A DNA stretch of 64,000 nt from positions 30,079-94,078 of the forward strand of contig JAUNOS010000001.1 in assembly GCA_030537075.1 (NCBI GenBank), written 5' to 3'. A program made the position numbers and the translations under genes. Source of the DNA: Candidatus Saccharimonadota bacterium. Lineage in GTDB: Bacteria > Patescibacteriota > Saccharimonadia > Saccharimonadales > Saccharimonadaceae. The notes beneath the pieces were generated by a model that saw nothing but the letters and a program-made list of their open reading frames with translations, did no database searches and was not told the DNA's origin. Shown one piece after another: positions 8,533-18,776 of the stretch (position 1 is the stretch's first letter; every line of letters begins with the position of its first letter).

Positions 8533-8949
8533 CTAAAGTTTTGCGCCGAGTGCTCTCTTAGCAGCCCGATAGTGCATGACTGCCCACACGACACCAAGCA
8601 CTGCACAGAGTAATGCCGCGACCAAGATACCTACCTTGACCTCGAACAGCTTGTAGTTGTGAATACAAAGACAAGCGAGAAAGGCAACGCCCAGAGACAC
8701 ACAAGCGACCGCAGATAGTCGCTTCCACATGGATGCCGACGCGCAGAGGCGAATTCCTAGCGTAAAGAGCAAAAGGAGCAGCGTGAGAACGAATGCACTG
8801 GCGATGATATCAAGCTTTCCGTATCCAGGGAGCTTGACGGCCAGCGGAGGCTCAACAAAGAATTTGACAGGTTGTAGAAGACCGCCAGATACCGACTCGT
8901 AGATGATCCACGCTTCAGCATCGGCGGCCATGATTCTGAGTAGTTCCAT
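8533..8949 (-). CDS. hypothetical membrane protein
   Basis: Internal ATG at 8949 chosen as start (neither it nor the upstream start has a clear RBS); upstream extension is low-complexity. Soluble N-terminal segment plus about 3 TM helices. Lower GC than surrounding genes. Confidence 0.45.
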   Translation of the reverse strand: MELLRIMAADAEAWIIYESVSGGLLQPVKFFVEPPLAVKLPGYGKLDIIASAFVLTLLLLLFTLGIRLCASASMWKRLSAVACVSLGVAFLACLCIHNYKLFEVKVGILVAALLCAVLGVVWAVMHYRAAKRALGAKL

Positions 8950-9099
8950 ATAGTCAAAGTATATCACCCCCGCTTGGTATTGTATATAATCATCAGGGGC
9001 GGGTGGGTTTGCTCGACAGGCGCCCATGAAATGGCTGGAGAGATGCCAGTCGCCCGCCCCACATAGAAGTTGACACTCTAACAATCTTGTGAGAAAATA

Positions 9100-9381
9100 A
9101 TGTTAATGATGACAGAAACGCACCCACGACCAAACTCAAAAATCAAAGAATCACAAGATGTGATCTGCGAGAGGTGTCCGTTTGCGCAAGAGATGGGGAC
9201 GAGAGTTGTGAGTGAACATGTTACGCTATCATCACCAGTGATGGACACCCCCTCGACGAAGTCCGCAAAAAGCTTTGAGGATACAATACGCGAAATCCTG
9301 AGAGATGACCCTGAAGGATTTGACGCTATTCTTCAGCAGGAGGTTGCTCACTGGTACACCAGGCAGGGATGGCTTGATTAG
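9100..9381 (+). CDS. hypothetical small protein
   Basis: 93-aa ORF with coding-like composition and lower GC. No recognisable motif. Confidence 0.4.
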   Translation: MLMMTETHPRPNSKIKESQDVICERCPFAQEMGTRVVSEHVTLSSPVMDTPSTKSAKSFEDTIREILRDDPEGFDAILQQEVAHWYTRQGWLD

Positions 9382-9468
9382 CAAGAATCATAGATACACC
9401 ATCTCTTAGGCCTCCAAGAGGGTAAATCATCCGCGCAACGGACTGTAGAACTTGTGGGCGCGAAGCCT

Positions 9469-9939
9469 CTAAAAAAGCGTATCCTGCACAGGCCGCACAG
9501 TCTCCACAACACCCTGCCCTGCAAGCTGACTATCCGTATTGAGTGCTTGTACTGCGGCAACACCACCCTCACTGTACGCCTTTGCCACCCTGCGAAACTG
9601 GTCAATGCCACGACGATTAATCTCCTTCTGCTCCTCGGAAAGTGGCCCCTGCCCCGCAAGCTCATGAGCGGCCTTGTCCCTCGCGGTCACTTCGCTAAAA
9701 CGCACATGCCCCGTCCTTCCAGGAACGAGCCTATTTGCGACACGCGTCTGATCAGTTCTGCGAAAAGACGGCGCTGGACCTACCACCCCAGGGGACGTAG
9801 TTGTCACATCAGGTGCACCGCCAGTTTCTGCATCGCGCAAGTCGCCCCAACTACCAACACCCTGATCGACACGTCTCTCTATATCATCGGGCGACCAGCT
9901 TGGCAGCGTTTCAATACTCATACTTCTATTGTACCACAA
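9469..9939 (-). CDS. hypothetical protein
   Basis: 156-aa ORF in host-like GC. No recognisable motif. Confidence 0.45.
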   Translation of the reverse strand: MWYNRSMSIETLPSWSPDDIERRVDQGVGSWGDLRDAETGGAPDVTTTSPGVVGPAPSFRRTDQTRVANRLVPGRTGHVRFSEVTARDKAAHELAGQGPLSEEQKEINRRGIDQFRRVAKAYSEGGVAAVQALNTDSQLAGQGVVETVRPVQDTLF

Positions 9940-10039
9940 AATATCTTAAAAAACAATCCCCGCACTTTGGCGAGGATTGTCTTAGGCACCTGTTTGTTTG
10001 GTACTATTGTACCGCTAACCATGTGCATAATGCAAGTGC

Positions 10040-10246
10040 TTATTTCTTTTTCTTAATGGTCAAGAAGCCGTTGCGTGGGTTTTCAGTCACGACGCGGTCT
10101 GCTGGCAGGTCAGCTGGGGTGCCCTTGGCGTTCTTTTCAACTTTCGCAAAGAAGTAAATGGTCTGTGTCTTGCCACCGCGCAATGTTACTTCAGTCTTAT
10201 GCAAGTAGTAAGTCGTACCCTTTGAGTTAGTGTGCTTGTAAGCCAT
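10040..10246 (-). CDS. small conserved hypothetical protein (68 aa)
   Basis: Compact basic protein ending in KKKK. The GA-rich stretch TAGGAGG (10254-10260; 10260-10262 overlap the GTTAAT cap) sits 7 nt upstream of the start. Confidence 0.45.
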   Translation of the reverse strand: MAYKHTNSKGTTYYLHKTEVTLRGGKTQTIYFFAKVEKNAKGTPADLPADRVVTENPRNGFLTIKKKK

Positions 10247-10313
10247 ATTGGTTCATACCTCCTATTAGTGCTATACCCTTCTAGAGTAGCGCCTCTGTTG
10301 ACCCCTGTCAAGC

Positions 10314-10976
10314 CTAGAGGCGTTTTTGGCGAATTTTCAGCAGCGTACGCAGAGCGAGCATCGAGAAGAGGCGGGCAATGATAAGGAGGCCAACCACCCC
10401 TGTTGCCAGCAGCGACCAGCCAGCAAAGTCACTGGACCAGAGCGGCGGCACGAATGTTTGGTAAAAGGGCGCTGGTGAGGGCGGTGTAAACTTAGATGCA
10501 GCGGTAGAAGCGGCTGGGTATTTGGCCCACTCTTCGTTGATGCAAGCAACATAGCGCGGGTCAGCGGTGCGGTAGAAACGCCCCCATCCGCCAGCTTGGG
10601 CCCGCGCGTCACACTCCTGGCGCACCTTGGCCACCGTGTCATTGCTCGACTGAGACTTTACCTTGGCCTCAAACTCGGCGAGGGCCGCCTTGTAGGCGCG
10701 CTCATAGGAATATTCCAGCGCGATACGCCCCGGGTCGGCATTCATGTGGCTCGAGACATAGCGCTGCAAGTCATACACGCGGCGCTGCAGTGTGTCGGTA
10801 TCGTCCTGCTTATCAGCATTGATGACCGCATCGCGGCGCTCTATCATACCGATATTATTGAGCCGTAAGAATGTCGCCGTCACAAAGCCCAGCATAACGA
10901 AGAGCACGACGAGCTGCCATGTCTTGATCTGCTCGAGCTTTTGAATCTTGCGTTTCGTGCCTCGTGTATCCGTCAT
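10314..10976 (-). CDS. membrane-anchored hypothetical protein
   Basis: Start reassigned to the internal ATG at 10976, which has an AGGAAA RBS and removes the overlap with the Mur ligase. Signal-anchor helix followed by a soluble domain. Confidence 0.5.
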   Translation of the reverse strand: MTDTRGTKRKIQKLEQIKTWQLVVLFVMLGFVTATFLRLNNIGMIERRDAVINADKQDDTDTLQRRVYDLQRYVSSHMNADPGRIALEYSYERAYKAALAEFEAKVKSQSSNDTVAKVRQECDARAQAGGWGRFYRTADPRYVACINEEWAKYPAASTAASKFTPPSPAPFYQTFVPPLWSSDFAGWSLLATGVVGLLIIARLFSMLALRTLLKIRQKRL

Positions 10977-11013
10977 CCCACCATTTCCTTCTCTATTTAG
11001 TATAGCATAGCTG

Positions 11014-12306
11014 GTGTATACTAGGGGTATGAGGATGTATTTTTCAGGGATAGGCGGTGTCGGCATCGGCCCGCTAGCGGAAATTGCACACGACGCAGGC
11101 TATGAGGTGTGCGGCTCGGACCGCGAGGCAGGACTGATGACTGAGGCGCTTCAGGCGCGCGGCATCCAGCTATCATTTGACCAGTCAGGTGCGTTTTTGG
11201 CCCAGGAGCATGCTCGGGCGCCTTTCGACTGGTTCGTTCATACGGCGGCCCTCCCGGAAGACCACCCAGAGCTGGTGCTGGCCCGGAGTCTGGGGATTCG
11301 CACCGGCAAGCGCGATGAGCTCTTGGCACAGATTATCACTGAAAAGAACTTAAAATTGGTGGCGGTGGCTGGCACACACGGCAAGACGACGACGACGGGT
11401 ATGCTGGTGTGGACACTGCAGCAGCTCGGTGTGCCAGTGAGCTATTCGGTGGGCTCAACCCTGAGCTTTGGACCGAGCGGTGCGTTTGACCCAGCCAGCC
11501 AGTATTTCATTTACGAATGTGATGAGTTTGACCGCAATTTCTTGCACTTTCAGCCGTGGCTGAGCCTGGTAACGTCGGTGGATTATGATCACCCTGACAC
11601 CTACCCGACGGAAGATGAGTACCGGTCAGCTTTTCGGCAGTTTATCGTCCAATCTAACCAGGTGGTGATGTGGCAGCGCGATGCTGACTATATCAAGAGC
11701 CGCTACCCACAGGCCTGGCAGTTACAGGACGATGAGGTCATGGCACTGGCGCTGCCTGGCGCGCATAATCGGCGCAATGGCACCCTGGTCATGAAGGCTT
11801 GCGAACGGATGGACGGACTGGACAATCAAGAGGCGCGCGGCTGGCTGGAGCAATTTCCCGGCACTGGTCGACGCTTTGAAAAACTGGCGGACAATCTGTA
11901 CTCTGACTACGGCCACCACCCGATCGAAATTGCCGCCACGCTGCAGCTGGCGCGCGAGCTGTCTGAGCACGTAGTGTTGGTGTACCAGCCGCACCAGAAT
12001 GTTCGCCAGCACGAAATTCGAGCGCAATACACTGATGAGGTATTCAGGGGAGCTGAGGAGATCTATTGGCTGCCGACCTATCTGACGCGCGAAGACCCGG
12101 CGCTGTCAGTGTTGACGCCGCATGACTTGACCGCTGGCCTGACCCACCCGAACATTCACCACGCCGAGCTGGATAACGCACTATGGGAGCGTCTCAATGC
12201 CGCGCGTGACGCAGGAAAATTGGTGCTTTGCATGGGTGCTGGCAGCATCGACGGCTGGGTACGCGGACGCTTAGGTGCCGCTTATCATTTGCCAGCCGAG
12301 AAATAG
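11014..12306 (+). CDS. murC: Mur ligase family protein, most like UDP-N-acetylmuramate--L-alanine ligase
   Basis: N-terminal MYFSGIGGVG...GYEVCGSD Rossmann motif and GTHGKTTTTGML P-loop. True start is probably the ATG at 11029 or 11035. Confidence 0.7.
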   Translation: MYTRGMRMYFSGIGGVGIGPLAEIAHDAGYEVCGSDREAGLMTEALQARGIQLSFDQSGAFLAQEHARAPFDWFVHTAALPEDHPELVLARSLGIRTGKRDELLAQIITEKNLKLVAVAGTHGKTTTTGMLVWTLQQLGVPVSYSVGSTLSFGPSGAFDPASQYFIYECDEFDRNFLHFQPWLSLVTSVDYDHPDTYPTEDEYRSAFRQFIVQSNQVVMWQRDADYIKSRYPQAWQLQDDEVMALALPGAHNRRNGTLVMKACERMDGLDNQEARGWLEQFPGTGRRFEKLADNLYSDYGHHPIEIAATLQLARELSEHVVLVYQPHQNVRQHEIRAQYTDEVFRGAEEIYWLPTYLTREDPALSVLTPHDLTAGLTHPNIHHAELDNALWERLNAARDAGKLVLCMGAGSIDGWVRGRLGAAYHLPAEK

Positions 12307-12830
12307 CTTGCCGGAACAGCTTCCCACTCACTCATAAACCGATCGACCAGTGCTAGGTATGTGTTACGCACGTTTGGCCAGATCTCATCTCCCGAGAGAG
12401 ACATAAGGTCCTCTACTGTGAGCCATCGCATATCCGTTGACTCACCCGCCGCTAGAAAGTACTTCGGATCCTCTCGCACCAGAAGCGCATAGCCAGTGTC
12501 AGAATGATAGTGATCTGGAGTAATGTCATGGGTATTCATCAAGATCGGCTGCGGGTGCAACGTAACTCCTAAGACATCCTCCTGGCGCACACGCAGCTGT
12601 GGTTGTAGTACCATTAACTGCGATACGTCATAACCCGACTCTTCCCTCACCTCGTGCAAGAGTGCCGCCCAAGGCGTTTCATCAAGTTCGATATGGCCAC
12701 CCGGCGGAAGAAGTTTTCCGAGATACTTGTGGCGGTGGAGTAGCACACGCGGATAACTACCATCAGTTCTAATAATGTAGGCTGTGACCGTGTGATCGTG
12801 CTGGTTTGGTGATGTATGTATATGTGGCAT
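12285..12830 (-). CDS. NUDIX hydrolase
   Basis: NUDIX box GGHIELDETPWAALLHEVREESG. Confidence 0.8.
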   Translation of the reverse strand: MPHIHTSPNQHDHTVTAYIIRTDGSYPRVLLHRHKYLGKLLPPGGHIELDETPWAALLHEVREESGYDVSQLMVLQPQLRVRQEDVLGVTLHPQPILMNTHDITPDHYHSDTGYALLVREDPKYFLAAGESTDMRWLTVEDLMSLSGDEIWPNVRNTYLALVDRFMSEWEAVPASYFSAGK

Positions 12831-13478
12831 TTATGATCCCTCAAGCGATTGTATAATGTCATCATAAGAAAAGCCCTGCCGCGCCAGGTAGGCGATGAAT
12901 TTCTGGCGGTCGGGGTATTTGTAGCGTTTTTTGGCGATGATCTTGGTCAGCTCTTCCTCGTCAGAGCGGATATTTTCAGCGATGAGCTGGTCGATGAGTT
13001 CGCGGTCGATGCCTTTTTGGCTGAGCTCGAGCTTCAGGCGGCGCAGACTGGTGCCTTTTTGCATAAAGCGATGCTCGAACCAAAAGCGAGCGAATTTTTC
13101 GTCGTTCAAATAATTTTTGTCGATCAATCGCTGCAGCACTCGGTCGGCTAACTCTGGCTTAACGCCTGGCTTTTCGATGATCTCACCAGTTTTAGGCGAG
13201 CGCTTTTTGGTCGGACGCGTCTTGCGCCAGAGATAATCGCGCACCTCGCGCACCGCCCGCGGCCGCATTAGACAGTAGTCCATGGCGCGGGCGTAGAGCT
13301 TGCCAAACTGACTTTCATCCTCCAGCGCGGTCAGCTCTGCCTCGGTGTACTCTCGCCCGACCTTCAGCCCCAACTCGCCCACCTGAAACACATCCAAACT
13401 AAAGCGATACTTCCCGTCAACACTGACATTGACGCGATTTTTATCGCGGGCCTGGAGGGAGATGTCGGTGATTTTCAT
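12831..13478 (-). CDS. recX: recombination regulator RecX
   Basis: 215-aa helical-repeat protein immediately downstream of recA. Composition is typical of RecX. Confidence 0.8.
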   Translation of the reverse strand: MKITDISLQARDKNRVNVSVDGKYRFSLDVFQVGELGLKVGREYTEAELTALEDESQFGKLYARAMDYCLMRPRAVREVRDYLWRKTRPTKKRSPKTGEIIEKPGVKPELADRVLQRLIDKNYLNDEKFARFWFEHRFMQKGTSLRRLKLELSQKGIDRELIDQLIAENIRSDEEELTKIIAKKRYKYPDRQKFIAYLARQGFSYDDIIQSLEGS

Positions 13479-13491
13479 GTAGACGAGAGAG

Positions 13492-14556
<1,065 letters not shown>

Positions 14557-14606
14557 ACGAATCCCTCCTTAGTTGCTATCTTTATTATACCGCCCGCGAC
14601 GGATAT

Positions 14607-14616
14607 TTGCTATAAT
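14607..14616 (+). promoter_or_regulatory. extended -10 promoter (TGcTATAAT) giving a leaderless pilin mRNA
   Basis: TG-n-TATAAT ends 6 nt before the ATG at 14623. There is no Shine-Dalgarno sequence. Confidence 0.4.
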
Positions 14617-14622
14617 AGACCT

Positions 14623-15015
14623 ATGAAAAAGCAATCCGGATTTACGGTTATCGAGGTACTGGTCGTTATCGCGTTTCTCGTGACGGCGATGATCGTGGCG
14701 ATGATACAGATAAATAACTTACACCGTGAGCGTGAGAACAATCAGAAAAAAACCGCTATCAATGCAATGTATTACAGCCTTGAGGAAGCTTTCCATAAAC
14801 GACACGGCTTCTATCCAGAACACATAGGCGAGACAACGCTACCGACTATGGACAAGGAGCTTCTGAAAGACCCTAAGGGGAAAGTCCTCGGTGATAAAGA
14901 CAGTAGCTATCGCTATGAGCCAACCCAGTGTCAAGATGGCCAGTGTAAATCATACACCCTGCGCACGCTACTGGATGGCGAAGCAGACTTCGTCAAAGAA
15001 AGTCGCCACAAATAG
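14623..15015 (+). CDS. type IV pilin-like protein (prepilin-type N-terminal cleavage/methylation domain)
   Basis: MKKQSGFTVIEVLVVIAFLV matches the G/FTxxE prepilin signal and hydrophobic helix. Start reassigned from the ORF-track start, whose extension overlaps recA. Confidence 0.7.
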   Translation: MKKQSGFTVIEVLVVIAFLVTAMIVAMIQINNLHRERENNQKKTAINAMYYSLEEAFHKRHGFYPEHIGETTLPTMDKELLKDPKGKVLGDKDSSYRYEPTQCQDGQCKSYTLRTLLDGEADFVKESRHK

Positions 15016-15021
15016 CATAGC

Positions 15022-15885
15022 CTAATCCTGGTATAGTACAGGGCGCCCGTTCTTAAAGGCTTCGATGGCGTTGTTCAAGATGGCCACCTGCTCCTTAGGG
15101 TTCGCGACGTAATGGAAAATATAGGTCGTCTCCTCACCCTCTGTGCTTAGGCGGATGGTGCCGTAATTAAAGATAGTCTGGATAATGCCTCGCTGCAAAA
15201 AGCTTGCATCCTCGATACTCCCTAGACTCACTGTTTGCTCATGCCGCGCGAAGAGGCTGGTCTGAATTTCCTGAACGACACTTTCATTTGTCATAAAAAA
15301 GCGATTCTGCAAATACACCCACAGCGCGACCGCGCCACCGAGCGCCACCAGGAGTGCAAGTAGCATCGCGATAGATACCACCAGACCCATGTTCACCGGC
15401 GCGAAGGTGAACAGACTGCTCGAGAGTGACGGAAGGATGGCAGTAAAGCCAAGGATAATGATGATGAGGAGTGAGGTCATGGCGATGGGCAGCACCATAC
15501 CGATGGGGTGGCGCTTGATGTCGAGAATGACATACTCAGCCTCGCTAAGGTTGAGGTGAGGATAATCGCGCACCGACTGCTCATGCCGCGCTTTCGTCTC
15601 ATCACTGATGGGCGCGACAACTGGCTCATATGGTCGCGTGGCGTGCACTACCTTTGGCTCATTTGCGTACTGAGCACGAATTTGAGGATCAAAGTGTTCG
15701 CCAGCGATAGCCTCAGGGCGCGTCGTGACGTGCGAAGACCGCGGAACTTCGATAGGGTCGGGAGTCATGACAGGTGGTGTGGGTGGCGGTGGCGGTGGTG
15801 CCACTGGCGGGTGGCGATATAGCGGCTGCCCATCCGTATCATACGCAACGGGCTGAGTATAATCCTGCGGTGTGTCTGGCTTCAT
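15022..15885 (-). CDS. membrane protein with bacterial PH (bPH_2/YdbT-like) domain and Pro-rich N-terminus
   Basis: Two TM helices followed by the PH-like segment ...FMTNESVVQ...GSIEDASF.... The N-terminal region is PPPPPPTPP-rich. Confidence 0.6.
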   Translation of the reverse strand: MKPDTPQDYTQPVAYDTDGQPLYRHPPVAPPPPPPTPPVMTPDPIEVPRSSHVTTRPEAIAGEHFDPQIRAQYANEPKVVHATRPYEPVVAPISDETKARHEQSVRDYPHLNLSEAEYVILDIKRHPIGMVLPIAMTSLLIIIILGFTAILPSLSSSLFTFAPVNMGLVVSIAMLLALLVALGGAVALWVYLQNRFFMTNESVVQEIQTSLFARHEQTVSLGSIEDASFLQRGIIQTIFNYGTIRLSTEGEETTYIFHYVANPKEQVAILNNAIEAFKNGRPVLYQD

Positions 15886-15914
15886 TACGCTATATTATAC
15901 CATAGTCTGAGAAA

Positions 15915-16937
15915 CTAGGCGATATCTTGCGCCGCACGGGACTTATTATTCCGGCGAGGGTTGCTCTCAGCGACCTTCCGCAAGTCTTCATGTGCATCAA
16001 ACTCGTCAACGATCTTGCGACCCAGCAGCGCCTCTATCACATCCTCCAGGCTGACGATGCCGACCGTCTCGCGAAACTCGTTTACCACGATGAAGAGATG
16101 GTGACGCGTCTTGATAAAGGCCGTCAATGCTTGCTGCAGAGAGTGGTCTTCATGAATATAGTACACTTTTTTCGTCATCGCCTGCCGTGCGGTATTGCCG
16201 GCTGTTTTACGGCTGATATCCAGAAAATCTTGCATGTAAAGCATCCCGACCACATGATCAATATCACCGTCGATAACCGGAAAGCGGCTATGTCCCGTCT
16301 TGTGCAGCGCATCCAGCACTAGCGGCCCCAAAACTTCATCTTCTGGCACCGCATCGATAATACTGCGAGGTGTCATGACGGTCTTGACGGGTCGCGTGTC
16401 AAAGGTGAGACCATTGACGATGAGCCGCTTATCATCTGGCTGCAGCGCATCACCTGATTGTTCGACCATGGCCAGTAATTCCTCCTTTGATTCGATATCA
16501 AAGGCATCGTTCGGAATGGGCGCAACCGAGCGAATCATTCGGAAGACTCGAGGATGACGCTCGATGAATGCAAGCAACTTGCCCTCGACACGCTCATATA
16601 GCGACTGAGAGAGCCGCTGAATGACTGAGATACGCGCCACCGCCCCCGACTCTAAGGCAATGATCAGGGAAATGAGAAAGCCCAGCGCCCAGTGGAATAA
16701 TTGCACACCCAGCACGCTCAAGGTCACGATGAGCATAGCCGCGATAACGCGCTGCAAAGAAAATAAATCATGCAAGAGACCTCGACGCTTCAGGAGATGC
16801 GCGGCATCCTTGTCACCCTGCTTGGCGCGGCGCTGTAACTCAAAGCGACTGTGTCGCGAAGACTGTGGATGAACTCCTAAAACTATCAGCAGCAAGGCCA
16901 AAACGAGGCCGTATAGTATTGACCATAGTATTGTCAT
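15915..16937 (-). CDS. HlyC/CorC (CNNM) family transporter (DUF21-CBS pair-CorC_HlyC)
   Basis: N-terminal DUF21 TM domain, tandem CBS region, and C-terminal transporter-associated domain. Confidence 0.85.
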   Translation of the reverse strand: MTILWSILYGLVLALLLIVLGVHPQSSRHSRFELQRRAKQGDKDAAHLLKRRGLLHDLFSLQRVIAAMLIVTLSVLGVQLFHWALGFLISLIIALESGAVARISVIQRLSQSLYERVEGKLLAFIERHPRVFRMIRSVAPIPNDAFDIESKEELLAMVEQSGDALQPDDKRLIVNGLTFDTRPVKTVMTPRSIIDAVPEDEVLGPLVLDALHKTGHSRFPVIDGDIDHVVGMLYMQDFLDISRKTAGNTARQAMTKKVYYIHEDHSLQQALTAFIKTRHHLFIVVNEFRETVGIVSLEDVIEALLGRKIVDEFDAHEDLRKVAESNPRRNNKSRAAQDIA

Positions 16938-16990
16938 ACTGTCATTGTATACTTTTTATGCTATAATAACCAGAGTTAATCGGAGGAAAT

Positions 16991-17689
16991 ATGAACGGAA
17001 AAACTTGGGCTATCTTTATCATCATCGTTGTCGCGGTTATCGGCGGCATGGTATATATCGCGACACAAAATCGCCTCGACGTCAGCAATATCGGCACAGA
17101 AGCTGCAGCAAAGTCACTGCCCGCAGAAGAGCGTAACGGCAACATCGCTGATCACACCTTTGGCAGCACTGCACCAAAAATCACCATTGTGGAGTACGGC
17201 GACTACCAATGCCCTGGCTGCCGCACTACCGCGCCTGAGGTTAAGCGCTTGACGGATAAATACAAAGAGCATGTGCAGCTCATCTTCCGTAATTTCCCTA
17301 TCGCCTCACTCCATCCAAACGCCCGGGCAGCCGCAGCTGTTGCTGAAGCCGCTGGCAAGCAAGGCAAATTCTGGGAAATGCACGACCTGCTCTACACCAA
17401 CCAGGAAGCATGGGGTGCTGCACAGCTCAAGGACCGCACCGAGCTCTTCATCGGCTACGCACAGCAGCTGGGGCTAAATATGGACGAATTTGACCGCGAC
17501 GTCGCCAGTGATGCAGTAAACAAAAAGATTAGTTTTGACACCGCCGTCGGCCGCCTGCAGCAAGTAGACGCCACGCCGACGCTGATCTTGAACGGTGAAA
17601 AACTGAAACTGGAAGATGCTGATGGCATGGAAAAAGCCATCCGCGACGCCCTCACCAAGGCCGGCGTCACACTGCCAACCGAGCAGTAA
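16991..17689 (+). CDS. DsbA-family thioredoxin-fold protein
   Basis: N-terminal TM helix and CPGC active site (YQCPGCRTT). Confidence 0.8.
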   Translation: MNGKTWAIFIIIVVAVIGGMVYIATQNRLDVSNIGTEAAAKSLPAEERNGNIADHTFGSTAPKITIVEYGDYQCPGCRTTAPEVKRLTDKYKEHVQLIFRNFPIASLHPNARAAAAVAEAAGKQGKFWEMHDLLYTNQEAWGAAQLKDRTELFIGYAQQLGLNMDEFDRDVASDAVNKKISFDTAVGRLQQVDATPTLILNGEKLKLEDADGMEKAIRDALTKAGVTLPTEQ

Positions 17690-17706
17690 ATTCGGGCCAG
17701 AAAAGT

Positions 17707-17740
17707 AAAATCACCCCGGTGCCTTTGGGGTGATTTTTGA
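17707..17740 (+). terminator. rho-independent terminator
   Basis: Stem ATCACCCC/GGGGTGAT with a 9-nt loop, then TTTTT. Confidence 0.8.
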
Positions 17741-18342
17741 TATCGCCGCTTTATCTCGGGCGATGCACTATTGTGCTATGTATGTTTGCCATTCGGCAGG
17801 CACCACATCCACTGGGACCCTTTTGCGCCGCGAAGACACAAAATTGATCGCTATTGGCATGTGTTTCGTACTCCTTGTACTTACGTGCAGCCTCACGCGC
17901 TTCGACCTTTATTACCCATTTGTTAAGCAATTGAATGCTCGGCGCGAGACACGTCACCTATAGTAGCAGATGCGGTGAGTGGCGTCAAGCCGCTACATAT
18001 ACTGCCCAACCCGCGGAATGAGCATAAACGCCCAATAAACTATGCACAAAATGAGTAATACAGCACCGTACCATATGACGACATCGGGCAGCTCTAGCTC
18101 GTGGCCCGTCTGATTGTGTTTTTCTTTTCTACATATGCAATAGCTCACAGTCTACTCCCGATTGCATCTCGTTTCATTATCTATAGCCATTCTATTTTAT
18201 CGCTAGCTCCATAGTAACATTATTCAGTACGACTGCGTTAGGGTATTTTTAGGTGGCGTAGTTAATCAAAAACGCAAAAGGAGTTGCAATAAGACTTGCT
18301 GCGGGAATTGTCGCAAAAACCATAAGTATATCCTTATCATCT

Positions 18343-18642
18343 CTAGGTAAAATTGCCTAAAGCTCCGAATATATCTAAAGCATCAAATATCCTATCAACA
18401 GCCTTTTTAAATGGTTGATCATATTTTTGTCTTTTGTATTTTAACGTGAGTAAAATTAAGCAGCCTGTTACTAGTAAAAACCAAACGCCTATTATCAAAA
18501 AAGTGTAAGAAATGCTCCAATGTTCGATTGTAAAATGAAGCACAACAGCTAAGACTGGCACAGGCAGATATAACAAAGCCAATGCTAAACAAAGGTTATC
18601 TTCTGTAGTGTCTTCTCGTTTGGTATCTGTAGTTTTGGCCAT
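18343..18642 (-). CDS. small membrane protein (99 aa) in a low-GC islet
   Basis: Two to three hydrophobic helices. The gene is about 37% GC against about 58% for its neighbours. Confidence 0.5.
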   Translation of the reverse strand: MAKTTDTKREDTTEDNLCLALALLYLPVPVLAVVLHFTIEHWSISYTFLIIGVWFLLVTGCLILLTLKYKRQKYDQPFKKAVDRIFDALDIFGALGNFT

Positions 18643-18722
18643 ACCTTCCCTTTCGTTGTGTATGCTGTTTTCTTCTTTGGTCAGTATACCAACCCAAAAT
18701 CATTTGGCAAGTAGTTTTTTGC

Positions 18723-18757
18723 AAAAAAGAGCGGCCGTGCTGCGTGGACGGCCGCTC
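18723..18757 (-). terminator. rho-independent terminator of the ABC transporter operon
   Basis: Perfect 10-bp stem GAGCGGCCGT/ACGGCCGCTC followed, on the minus strand, by a U6 tract. Confidence 0.8.
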
Positions 18758-18776
18758 CCCGGGTGAATCGCGCTGA

